From Candidatus Parcubacteria bacterium (GTDB lineage Bacteria; Patescibacteriota; Minisyncoccia; Phycocordibacterales; PALSA-1337), in contig JAQBQT010000011.1 in assembly GCA_028286835.1 (NCBI GenBank), positions 5,246 through 69,245 on the forward strand: a DNA stretch of 64,000 nt, written 5' to 3'. Positions within the stretch are counted from its first letter, which is position 1. Each line of letters begins with the position of its first letter. Positions 57,067-64,000 of the stretch are shown piece after piece. The translations under genes and the position numbers were made by a program. Under the pieces are notes generated by a model. That model saw only the letters and a program-made list of their open reading frames with translations. It ran no database searches and was not told the origin of the DNA.

Positions 57067-58857
57067 TTATTCCGCAAACAGCTCCTTCTCTATGGAAATG
57101 CCGCCGGGAATGTTCGCAGCCATGGCGTCGTCGGCCGATTTGGAGACGATGATCTTCGTGCGGTCCTTGGCCGCCTTCATAAATGCCGTGAACAAGGGAT
57201 GCGGCGAAAGCGGACGGGCCAAAAGCTCCGGATGGAACTGGGTGCCGAGGAAGAACGGGTGCTGTTCTCGCGGCAATTCGGCGATCTCCATGAGGACGCC
57301 GTCCGGGGACGTGCCCGAGAATACGAGGCCTCCCTTCCTGAGCTGATCGACATACTTCGGGCTGACTTCATAGCGATGGCGGTGGCGCTCCTTCACTGCC
57401 TGCGCGCCATATGCGGCTTCGGCGATCGTGCCCTTTCCGAGCTTGGCGGGATACACGCCGAGACGCATCGAGGCGCCATAGTTCCCTTCAGCCACTTTCT
57501 TCTTCTGGTCGGGCATGATGTCGATGACGAGATGCGGAGCTCGCGGATTGATCTCGGCGGTCTGCGCGCCCTTGAGACCGAGCACATTCCTGGCGAATTC
57601 GATGGTCATGAGCTGCATGCCGTAGCAGAGGCCGAAATACGGGATCTTGTTCTCACGGGCATGGCGGATGACATTGAGCTTCCCTTCGATGCCGCTTTCG
57701 CCGAATCCGCCCGGCACAATGATGCCGTTGTATTTGTCGAACGATGCGTAGTTCGGATTCTTGCCCTCGAAGTCGCGCGCATTAACGGTGTGAATGACAG
57801 CCTTCACGCCAGCGGCATACGCGGAGAATTTGATCGCCTCGAGTACCGAGATATACGAGTCAGAGAGGATGAAGTCGCCCGTATTGAAATATTTTCCGAC
57901 AACGCCTATGTGCACTTCGTGCTTGGTGTTGTTCTTGATGCCGCGGGCCATCTTTTTCCAGGCCTGGAATGAAGCCGTGGTTTTCCTCGCAGGCATATGC
58001 AGGGTCTCCATAAGGATGTCGCCGAGGTGGTCATGCTCGAAGTTGATAGGCACATCGTAGATACTCTTTATGTCGGGAGCAGAGATGACGCGCTCGGGAA
58101 GGATGTTGCAGGCAGTGGCGATCTTCTCCTTGCGCTTCTGATCGAGCGGGATCTCCGCGCGGGCGATGATGATGTCGGTATTCACTCCGTACGAAGCGAG
58201 CTGATGCACGGCATTCTGTGTCGGCCGTGTCTTCATCTCGCCGAGCTTGGACGGAACGGGCAGGTACGAAACCATGATGAACGCGACGTCCTGGGGGCGG
58301 CGAATCTTGAGGGTACGTGCGGCCTCGATGAACATGATGTTCTGATAGTCGCCAACGGTGCCGCCGATCTCGATGATGGAGATGTCGGACTTGTTGACCT
58401 TGGCCGCATGCTCGAAGCGGCGCATGACCTCGTCGCGAATATGCGGAATGGCCTCGACGCATTTGCCCCCATACCCGAGGGCACGCTCACGGTCGATGAC
58501 CGCCTTGTAGACCATGCCAGACGTCATATAGTCGGCATCGGTGAGGTCGCGATTAAGGAAGCGCTCGTAGTTGCCCATGTCCTGATCCGTCTCGAGGCCG
58601 CTGTTCAAAACAAAAACCTCACCGTGCTCGGTGGGGTTCATGGTGCCCGCGTCGACGTTGAGATATGGATCGACCTTCACGAGATTGACCTGGAAGCCTT
58701 TGGCGGAGAGGAGCGTGCCGATCGAGGAGGATGCGATGCCCTTTCCGACTCCCGACATCACGCCGCCGATGACGAAGATGTATTTGTGCGGGGCGCGCTT
58801 TTTGCTTGTCTTGCCCGCCAAGGCGCCCTTCTTCGTCTTCGGAGTTTTCTTTTTCAT
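57067..58857 (-). CDS. pyrG: CTP synthase
   Basis: KYIFV.GGVMSGVGKG, DPYLNVDAGTMNP.EHGEVFV, PGGFG, GLCYGMQ, ERHRHRYE, QFHPE. Confidence 0.98.
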   Translation of the reverse strand: MKKKTPKTKKGALAGKTSKKRAPHKYIFVIGGVMSGVGKGIASSSIGTLLSAKGFQVNLVKVDPYLNVDAGTMNPTEHGEVFVLNSGLETDQDMGNYERFLNRDLTDADYMTSGMVYKAVIDRERALGYGGKCVEAIPHIRDEVMRRFEHAAKVNKSDISIIEIGGTVGDYQNIMFIEAARTLKIRRPQDVAFIMVSYLPVPSKLGEMKTRPTQNAVHQLASYGVNTDIIIARAEIPLDQKRKEKIATACNILPERVISAPDIKSIYDVPINFEHDHLGDILMETLHMPARKTTASFQAWKKMARGIKNNTKHEVHIGVVGKYFNTGDFILSDSYISVLEAIKFSAYAAGVKAVIHTVNARDFEGKNPNYASFDKYNGIIVPGGFGESGIEGKLNVIRHARENKIPYFGLCYGMQLMTIEFARNVLGLKGAQTAEINPRAPHLVIDIMPDQKKKVAEGNYGASMRLGVYPAKLGKGTIAEAAYGAQAVKERHRHRYEVSPKYVDQLRKGGLVFSGTSPDGVLMEIAELPREQHPFFLGTQFHPELLARPLSPHPLFTAFMKAAKDRTKIIVSKSADDAMAANIPGGISIEKELFAE

Positions 58858-59089
58858 CCGACTATTGTAGTAAAGGGCACGGCGAAAGGCAATCGCACCG
58901 GCAAAAAATCTTCATTGACAAGAATGTTCTAATACTATGGTGAAATATTCCAAACGACGTTACAGATACTCAATCTTTTAAAACACAATTTCTATGAAAT
59001 GTGAATGAAAATTCCTGAACTGAACGAGAGAGCATTATGCCACAGGGTGACGTGGACACACTGGCATGAAGCAAATCGTTCCAGGCTCC

Positions 59090-60046
59090 CTATACCCTTA
59101 AATACCTTCGTGCCGCGATATAGCTCGATAGTCCGCCGAGGATTATTCCCGCTCCCATGATGACCGAGAAGAGTTCAGTGAAATTCGTCGAGAAGTAGCG
59201 CGAGAATACGTTGATAGCAAAAGAGAAATTCTGGGCGACATCGACTCCGGCAACGCGCAGGATGAGCGCATCGCTCCAGTAGGCAGCAGCAGCAAGAATG
59301 ACAAGCGTTATGAGCGCCGAAACGACGCCATACATTATGCCTGCGACGACGAGCGGGCCGCGCACGTACACATTGGAAGCGCCGACGAGCTTCATGACCG
59401 CGAGCTCATCGCGAACGGTATAGGTGATCAGGCGGATGGTATTGAAAATGACGATGGCCGCGACGAGAGCGAACACTATGGCCAGAATGGTCCCAGTCTG
59501 CTCCACCGTCGGGATGATCCGGTTCAAACGATCGATGACGAGCTTGTTCTCCTCATAGTTAATCTTGTCGATAATGGGCGTTCCCGAAGAGTCGGTCGGA
59601 TTCTTGTTCTCAAGATATCGCGCGATGCCGCCGTATTGGCCGGGATCCTTGGCCTTGATATTGAGCGATGCTGGAAAAGGATTGGCACCAAGCTCCTGAA
59701 GGCCCTGCATGATAAGCGTATTGTCTTTCCACTTCGCCTGGAAATCAGACATGGTCTGCTCGCGGGAGATGTATGTGGTCGTGGAGACTTCGGCGAGGCT
59801 GTTAACTTCCTGCTGAAGGGTGAGGATATCGGCTTCCGGAGCCGCGAGCGCAAAATACACGTTGATATCAACCTGGCTTTTGACCTGCTCGAGGAGCGAG
59901 CGACCAAAAGCGCCTGCGAAGATGAGGCCGCCAAGCGTCAAAAGAGACAGGGTGATGACGACGATGGCCGCGAACGACAGAAAGCCGTTGCGCCAGAAGC
60001 TCACGAAGCCGGTACGAGTTATGCGCTTGAATGTCGTCAGGATCAT
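59090..60046 (-). CDS. ftsX: Cell-division permease-like protein FtsX
   Basis: FWRN...S, NPFPASL.IK, NTIRL....RDE..VMKLVGAS..YVRGP; downstream of ftsE. Confidence 0.92.
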   Translation of the reverse strand: MILTTFKRITRTGFVSFWRNGFLSFAAIVVITLSLLTLGGLIFAGAFGRSLLEQVKSQVDINVYFALAAPEADILTLQQEVNSLAEVSTTTYISREQTMSDFQAKWKDNTLIMQGLQELGANPFPASLNIKAKDPGQYGGIARYLENKNPTDSSGTPIIDKINYEENKLVIDRLNRIIPTVEQTGTILAIVFALVAAIVIFNTIRLITYTVRDELAVMKLVGASNVYVRGPLVVAGIMYGVVSALITLVILAAAAYWSDALILRVAGVDVAQNFSFAINVFSRYFSTNFTELFSVIMGAGIILGGLSSYIAARRYLRV

Positions 60047-60076
60047 CTTAGTAGTATACCACTATGCACACCGCTC

Positions 60077-60757
60077 CTACAGGATATATTTGCCTTCCTT
60101 GTCGTCGCGGACGACTTTGCCCTTCTCGATAGTGATAACGCGGCCGCCGACTGTGTCGACGACGCCCTTGTTATGGGTCGTAAGGAGGATGGTCGTGCCG
60201 AGCTCGTTGATCTTCTTCAAGATGCGGACGATCTCGTATGTATTCCCTGGATCGAGGTTGCCAGTCGGCTCATCGGCAATGATGACGTCCGGCTGGGTGA
60301 CGATGGCGCGCGCAATGGCGACGCGCTGGCGTTCGCCGCCCGAGAGCTCGCGAGGAAAATTCCAGATCTTGTGGCCGAGGTCGACCAATTCGAGTACGTG
60401 CGGCACGTCAGCCGCTATCTCGCGGTCCTTGCGGCCTGATGCCTCCATGGCAAAGGCGATATTCTCGTACACGGTCTTGGTCGGAATGAGACGATAGTCC
60501 TGGAATACGGTGCCGATGCGGCGGCGGAGCTTGGCTGTCTGGCCTTTTGAGAGCTTGTGGATATCAGCCGATTCAAAGAAGACTTTTCCATCAGTCGGCC
60601 AATCCTCTGCGATGAGCAATTTGAGAAGCGTCGATTTGCCGGCACCTGAATGGCCGACAATCGTCACGAATTCTTTAGGTTCTATGCCGAAACTGACCCC
60701 TTCGAGGGCGACGGTCTTGTCAGGATATACCTTGCTGACTTTGTCATAATAGATCAT
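60077..60757 (-). CDS. ftsE: Cell-division ATP-binding protein FtsE
   Basis: [55 protein letters not shown]. Confidence 0.95.
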   Translation of the reverse strand: MIYYDKVSKVYPDKTVALEGVSFGIEPKEFVTIVGHSGAGKSTLLKLLIAEDWPTDGKVFFESADIHKLSKGQTAKLRRRIGTVFQDYRLIPTKTVYENIAFAMEASGRKDREIAADVPHVLELVDLGHKIWNFPRELSGGERQRVAIARAIVTQPDVIIADEPTGNLDPGNTYEIVRILKKINELGTTILLTTHNKGVVDTVGGRVITIEKGKVVRDDKEGKYIL

Positions 60758-60774
60758 CTTCCGATTATAGCACT

Positions 60775-61662
60775 TTATAGCATTTTTTCTGCCTCTATGA
60801 ACTCATCCAATTCGCCGTCGAGCACCTTATCCACCTGAGAAGTCTCCACATCAGTGCGGTGATCCTTGACCATCTTGTAGGGATGGAGGACGTATGAGCG
60901 TATCTGGCTTCCCCATTCGATCGAGGCCGTCGACGAGATCTGCATGCCTTTCTCCTTGGCGATGCGCTCGTCTTCGAGGCGCTTCCAGAGCTTTGCGCGA
61001 AGGATGTCCATCGCCTTCTCGCGATTCTGGGCCTGCGAGCGCTCCGATGTGACATGAATGGATATGCCGGAAGGCTTATGGAGGAGGCGCACAGCCGTCT
61101 CGCGCTTATTCACGTTCTGGCCTCCGGGACCGCCTGACTTGGCGATCGAGATCTCAAGATCGCTTTCAGGAATGGCCAGGTCGGCTGCGGATGTCTTCTC
61201 GAATCTCGGGATCACTTCGACGAGCGAGAATGAGGTCTGGCGCTTGCTGTTGGAATTGAACGGCGAGATGCGCACGAGGCGATGGACGCCCGACTCGTTC
61301 TTGAGCGTGCCGTATGCATTCTTGCCCGTGACCTCCACGGTTATGTTGCGGTAGCCCCCGTGATCATTCTCGTTGGCATGGACGACGGACCAGCCCCACC
61401 CCTTTGCGTCCGCATACTTGCGGTACATCTTGAGGAGCATCGCCGAGAAGTCTTCCGCGTCGTCCCCGCCCGCACCTGAAAGAAGCGAGAGGATCGCGTC
61501 CCCTTTGTCGTACTTCCCGATGCCTTCCAGGTCGGATTTGAGGTCCTGCAGCTCCTTGACGCCCGCCTGCGCCTTGGCCTTGTCTGCCCAGAAATCCCCC
61601 GAAGCCATTGCTGCTTCAAGAGCGGCGATTTTCTCCTGTATTTTTTCCCTTGTATCTGACAT
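60775..61662 (-). CDS. prfB: Peptide chain release factor 2, short (295 aa), no frameshift
   Basis: [20 protein letters not shown] (SPF = RF2), [22 protein letters not shown]. Confidence 0.95.
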   Translation of the reverse strand: MSDTREKIQEKIAALEAAMASGDFWADKAKAQAGVKELQDLKSDLEGIGKYDKGDAILSLLSGAGGDDAEDFSAMLLKMYRKYADAKGWGWSVVHANENDHGGYRNITVEVTGKNAYGTLKNESGVHRLVRISPFNSNSKRQTSFSLVEVIPRFEKTSAADLAIPESDLEISIAKSGGPGGQNVNKRETAVRLLHKPSGISIHVTSERSQAQNREKAMDILRAKLWKRLEDERIAKEKGMQISSTASIEWGSQIRSYVLHPYKMVKDHRTDVETSQVDKVLDGELDEFIEAEKML

Positions 61663-61673
61663 TGATTTACATC

Positions 61674-62138
61674 TTACCCCATCCGCCTCAAAACAGAAAA
61701 GTTAAGTTTACGCGCTTCCTGAGATCGTATGCTTATAGCCCTATTCCTCCTTCCTTTTCCTTTATTCAAACCAGCATAGGTCAAAGTTAAGGCATCGCAG
61801 TTTGGGCAAATCAAACGAAGATTACTTTCTAAATTATTACGCCAATTTCCATCCATATGATCTGCAACCAGAGGGACCTGGCCTGTCTTAGGATGAACTT
61901 CGCACCAGCCGCATATGCAGCACTTATTGCCATACTTCTTCCTCAAATATTTCTTAACGTATTTAGAGACTATGCCAAGACTTTGTAATCCCGTCTTCTC
62001 TCCCTTTTTCCACTGCTCGATATAAATACTGTACTGATATTCCAATTGGCAATTATTGCTGCAGTATTTACGTCTAGAATGGGAGTTCGGTTTTTGGCAA
62101 TTCAGGCATTTATCTTTGATGGATTTGGATATAGCCAT
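61674..62138 (-). CDS. Free-standing HNH endonuclease with N-terminal Zn finger (AT-rich)
   Basis: CLNC...KYCSNNC; CCICGW...[10 protein letters not shown]...[10 protein letters not shown]; start at MAISK. Confidence 0.88.
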   Translation of the reverse strand: MAISKSIKDKCLNCQKPNSHSRRKYCSNNCQLEYQYSIYIEQWKKGEKTGLQSLGIVSKYVKKYLRKKYGNKCCICGWCEVHPKTGQVPLVADHMDGNWRNNLESNLRLICPNCDALTLTYAGLNKGKGRRNRAISIRSQEARKLNFSVLRRMG

Positions 62139-62197
62139 AAGACATCTTATTATTAAAGAATAATCGAGACTGTATATTTCACTTTTCCTCCCTTCTG

Positions 62198-62270
62198 AGC
62201 CGAAGGCCGGGATTGAACCGGCGACCCCATCTTTACGAAAGATGTGCTCTACCAACTGAGCTACTTCGGC
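62198..62270 (-). tRNA. tRNA-Thr(CGT), CCA not encoded
   Basis: GCCGAAG/CTTCGGC acceptor stem, anticodon arm CATCT-TTCGTAA-AGATG. Confidence 0.96.
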
Positions 62271-62412
62271 ACCTATGCGTATGCGCTCCGTACTCTAGCA
62301 AAATCTATGCCCGTGGACAAATGCGCGTGTGGCCAAGCGTATTGACCAAAGACAAATGATATGGGAGGGTGAGGCTAGTACAATAGAACCCTCAAAATTC
62401 AATATTTACACT

Positions 62413-63048
62413 ATGAACGCAGAAGAACAGCTTGACTCTCAGGCCTATCCAGCTGCAAGGCCACTCCTTTTAGTCGTCGCTGGTCCGGCAGGATCCGGCA
62501 AGACAACGCTCTGCGACCGCCTGATCCATGAGCATCCTGATTTCAACAGAGTGATCACCGCCACCACGCGCAAGCCGCGTGAAGGAGAAATCGACGGGGT
62601 ACATTACCACTTCCTCGATGTATTCCAATTCCAACAAAAAATAAACCGGCATGAGTTCATCGAATGGACATCGGTCCATAGCGCAAACCGCCTTTATGGA
62701 ACCCTGAGGTCCAGCGTCATCGCACCGTTGCTGTTCGGGAAAAACCTTATTCTGAACATCGACGTAAAGGGCGTCGAAAGCTTTAGGCAGATGGCAGCAG
62801 CCAATACTCTGATCAAACATTCCCTTCATACAGTGTTCATACGTGTCGACCATAAGAAGCTCCTCGAACGCATGATCACCCGGGACAAGGATCACCCGGA
62901 AGAGATCGCCCTCAGAATGGCTACAGCCGAAGCAGAGATGCTCGAAGCGCCGAAATTCGATTCCGTGATCGAAAGCGGTACGCGAGACGAGGACTTTGCC
63001 TCGCTCTGCTCGATCGTGCAGAAGGCACGCGCTCGTATCGCCGCTTAA
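62413..63048 (+). CDS. gmk: Guanylate kinase
   Basis: AGPAGSGKTT, TATTRKPREGEIDGVHYHF, FIEW..VH...YGT, IDVKG. Confidence 0.93.
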   Translation: MNAEEQLDSQAYPAARPLLLVVAGPAGSGKTTLCDRLIHEHPDFNRVITATTRKPREGEIDGVHYHFLDVFQFQQKINRHEFIEWTSVHSANRLYGTLRSSVIAPLLFGKNLILNIDVKGVESFRQMAAANTLIKHSLHTVFIRVDHKKLLERMITRDKDHPEEIALRMATAEAEMLEAPKFDSVIESGTRDEDFASLCSIVQKARARIAA

Positions 63049-63076
63049 GCAGCAGCATAAATAATAGTTGGGGCCC

Positions 63077-63116
63077 AGCACCATCATCGCCTTACGGCAG
63101 AGATGGTGCTTTTTTT
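63077..63116 (+). terminator. Intrinsic terminator after gmk
   Basis: AGCACCATC...GCC-TTAC-GGC...GATGGTGCT-TTTTTT. Confidence 0.75.
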
Positions 63117-63191
63117 GGAGCCGTTGTCCGGGATTGAACCGGAGACCTCGTTCTTACCAAGAACGTGCTCTACCAACTGAGCTACAACGGC
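63116..63191 (-). tRNA. tRNA-Thr(GGT), CCA encoded
   Basis: GCCGTTG/CAACGGC acceptor stem, anticodon arm CGTTC-TTGGTAA-GAACG. Confidence 0.97.
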
Positions 63192-63218
63192 ACTGGCTAT
63201 CAAACGCCTCGCGAACTG

Positions 63219-63292
63219 CGTACCCGATGGGATTCGAACCCACGACCTCTCCCGTGACAGGGGAGCGTTCTAACCAGCTGAACTACGGGTAC
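63219..63292 (-). tRNA. tRNA-Asp(GTC)
   Basis: GTACCCG/CGGGTAC acceptor stem, anticodon arm CTCCC-CTGTCAC-GGGAG, G discriminator. Confidence 0.96.
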
Positions 63293-63384
63293 AATCGAAG
63301 AAAGAAACCTTCGTGCGTGCCCACTAATGTAGCAGAAAGGAGCCGAAAATCAAAGCGCGCCGGATCCCCCTATTCCCCTTCGTG

Positions 63385-63458
63385 TGTCGGCGGCAGGACT
63401 TGCACCTGCGACCTAGGGCTTATGAGTCCCTCGCTCTAACTACCTGAGCTACGCCGAC
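63385..63458 (-). tRNA. tRNA with CAT anticodon (elongator Met or Ile2)
   Basis: GTCGGCG/CGCCGAC acceptor stem, AGGGA-CTCATAA-GCCCT, atypical T-loop TGCAAGT. Confidence 0.88.
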
Positions 63459-63579
63459 AGATCTGAATTCGAGCCAGCCTCGATACGCCATACAATAAAC
63501 GAAAAACCCCCTCTCCGCAATGAGCGATGCCCCAAAAGCTTGCACAAAGGGCTTTTTTGTGGGAAACTATTGCCTACAT

Positions 63580-63651
63580 CGCGGGGTAGGGTAACGGTAA
63601 CCCGTCAGGCTCATAACCTGAAAATTGGCGGTTCGATTCCGCCCCCCGCAA
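63580..63651 (+). tRNA. Initiator tRNA-fMet(CAT)
   Basis: CGCGGGG/CCCCGCA with C1:A72 mismatch; anticodon arm TCAGG-CTCATAA-CCTGA. Confidence 0.95.
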
Positions 63652-63657
63652 CACGTT

Positions 63658-64000
63658 TTAGATATAGTAGAACTCCTCGAAGACCTTCCGGTACTGCTGG
63701 ATGGTGTGGTTCGCCAAGTGATGAGTGACCTGGAAAGCCGCTCCGTCGTGGGCGATCTGGTTGCGGACTTTGTGCGCGTCCCATGCTTCCTGCACACTCT
63801 TGAATTCGCCCGGCTGCACACGCTTCAGCTTCTCCCCTATGGAGCTTCCCTGGTAGCCGAGGCTATTCAGTATCTTGTCGAGCATCGTGTCGGCCTCGAG
63901 GATGGCCTGCTTCCAATCATTCTGATTCTCGGAATTGAGGAGCGACGTCACCTTCTCCCACTGGGCCGAAAGATCGGCATTTCCGGATGCCTTCACGTCC
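63658..64000 (-). CDS. Conserved hypothetical protein, 3' part (runs off the window end)
   Basis: W..V...L.S.N..DWKQAILEAD.MLD..L...GY.G.SIGEKLK...AWDAHKVRNQIAH (HEPN-like RxxxxH). Confidence 0.8.
   Translation of the reverse strand, partial: DVKASGNADLSAQWEKVTSLLNSENQNDWKQAILEADTMLDKILNSLGYQGSSIGEKLKRVQPGEFKSVQEAWDAHKVRNQIAHDGAAFQVTHHLANHTIQQYRKVFEEFYYI

Noticed and set aside
62139-62255. N-terminal extension of the HNH ORF, and ORFs 63068..63439 and 63540..63728
   Set aside because: They overlap tRNA genes and are translation artefacts
1-64000. Prophage, integrase, IS element, intron or intein
   Set aside because: No recombinase, transposase or phage structural genes recognised. rpoB, rpoC, dnaG and the tRNAs appear uninterrupted.

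Overview
A 64-kb chromosomal segment of a GC-rich bacterium. Gene content and protein style point to Patescibacteria/CPR, probably Parcubacteria (inference). It uses the standard bacterial code: RF2 is present and several genes end in TGA. Housekeeping genes include a partial UvrD-like helicase, rpoD, dnaG, rpoBC, trmD, khpA, rpsP, an archaeal-type aspS, rnr, pyrG, ftsEX, prfB, gmk and six tRNAs. Accessory blocks are msrAB with a DipZ-like protein, two ECF sigma/anti-sigma loci (one ahead of a MacAB-like exporter), three DoxX proteins, a cytochrome b5 domain, NDH-2, a P1B ATPase, a ZIP transporter, a glgA-GH57-GT2 glycan block and AT-richer islets next to tRNAs. No CRISPR array, prophage, integrase or transposase was seen. 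Most notable observations: (1) about 24 genes have a TANNNT (-10-like) hexamer 6-7 nt before the start codon, implying pervasive leaderless expression; (2) one in-frame TGA interrupts an otherwise intact FAD oxidoreductase, alongside an unusually short RF2; (3) the rpoBC leader is long and structured, with an attenuator-like hairpin and two perfect DnaA boxes at the rpoB start; (4) an unannotated structured RNA candidate lies between rpoC and dnaG; (5) an orphan OmpR regulator is followed by phased direct repeats and a hidden 40-aa CxH...CxxC microprotein; (6) the P1B ATPase has a non-canonical CADD metal-site motif. All calls come from reading the sequence by eye; no searches were run.
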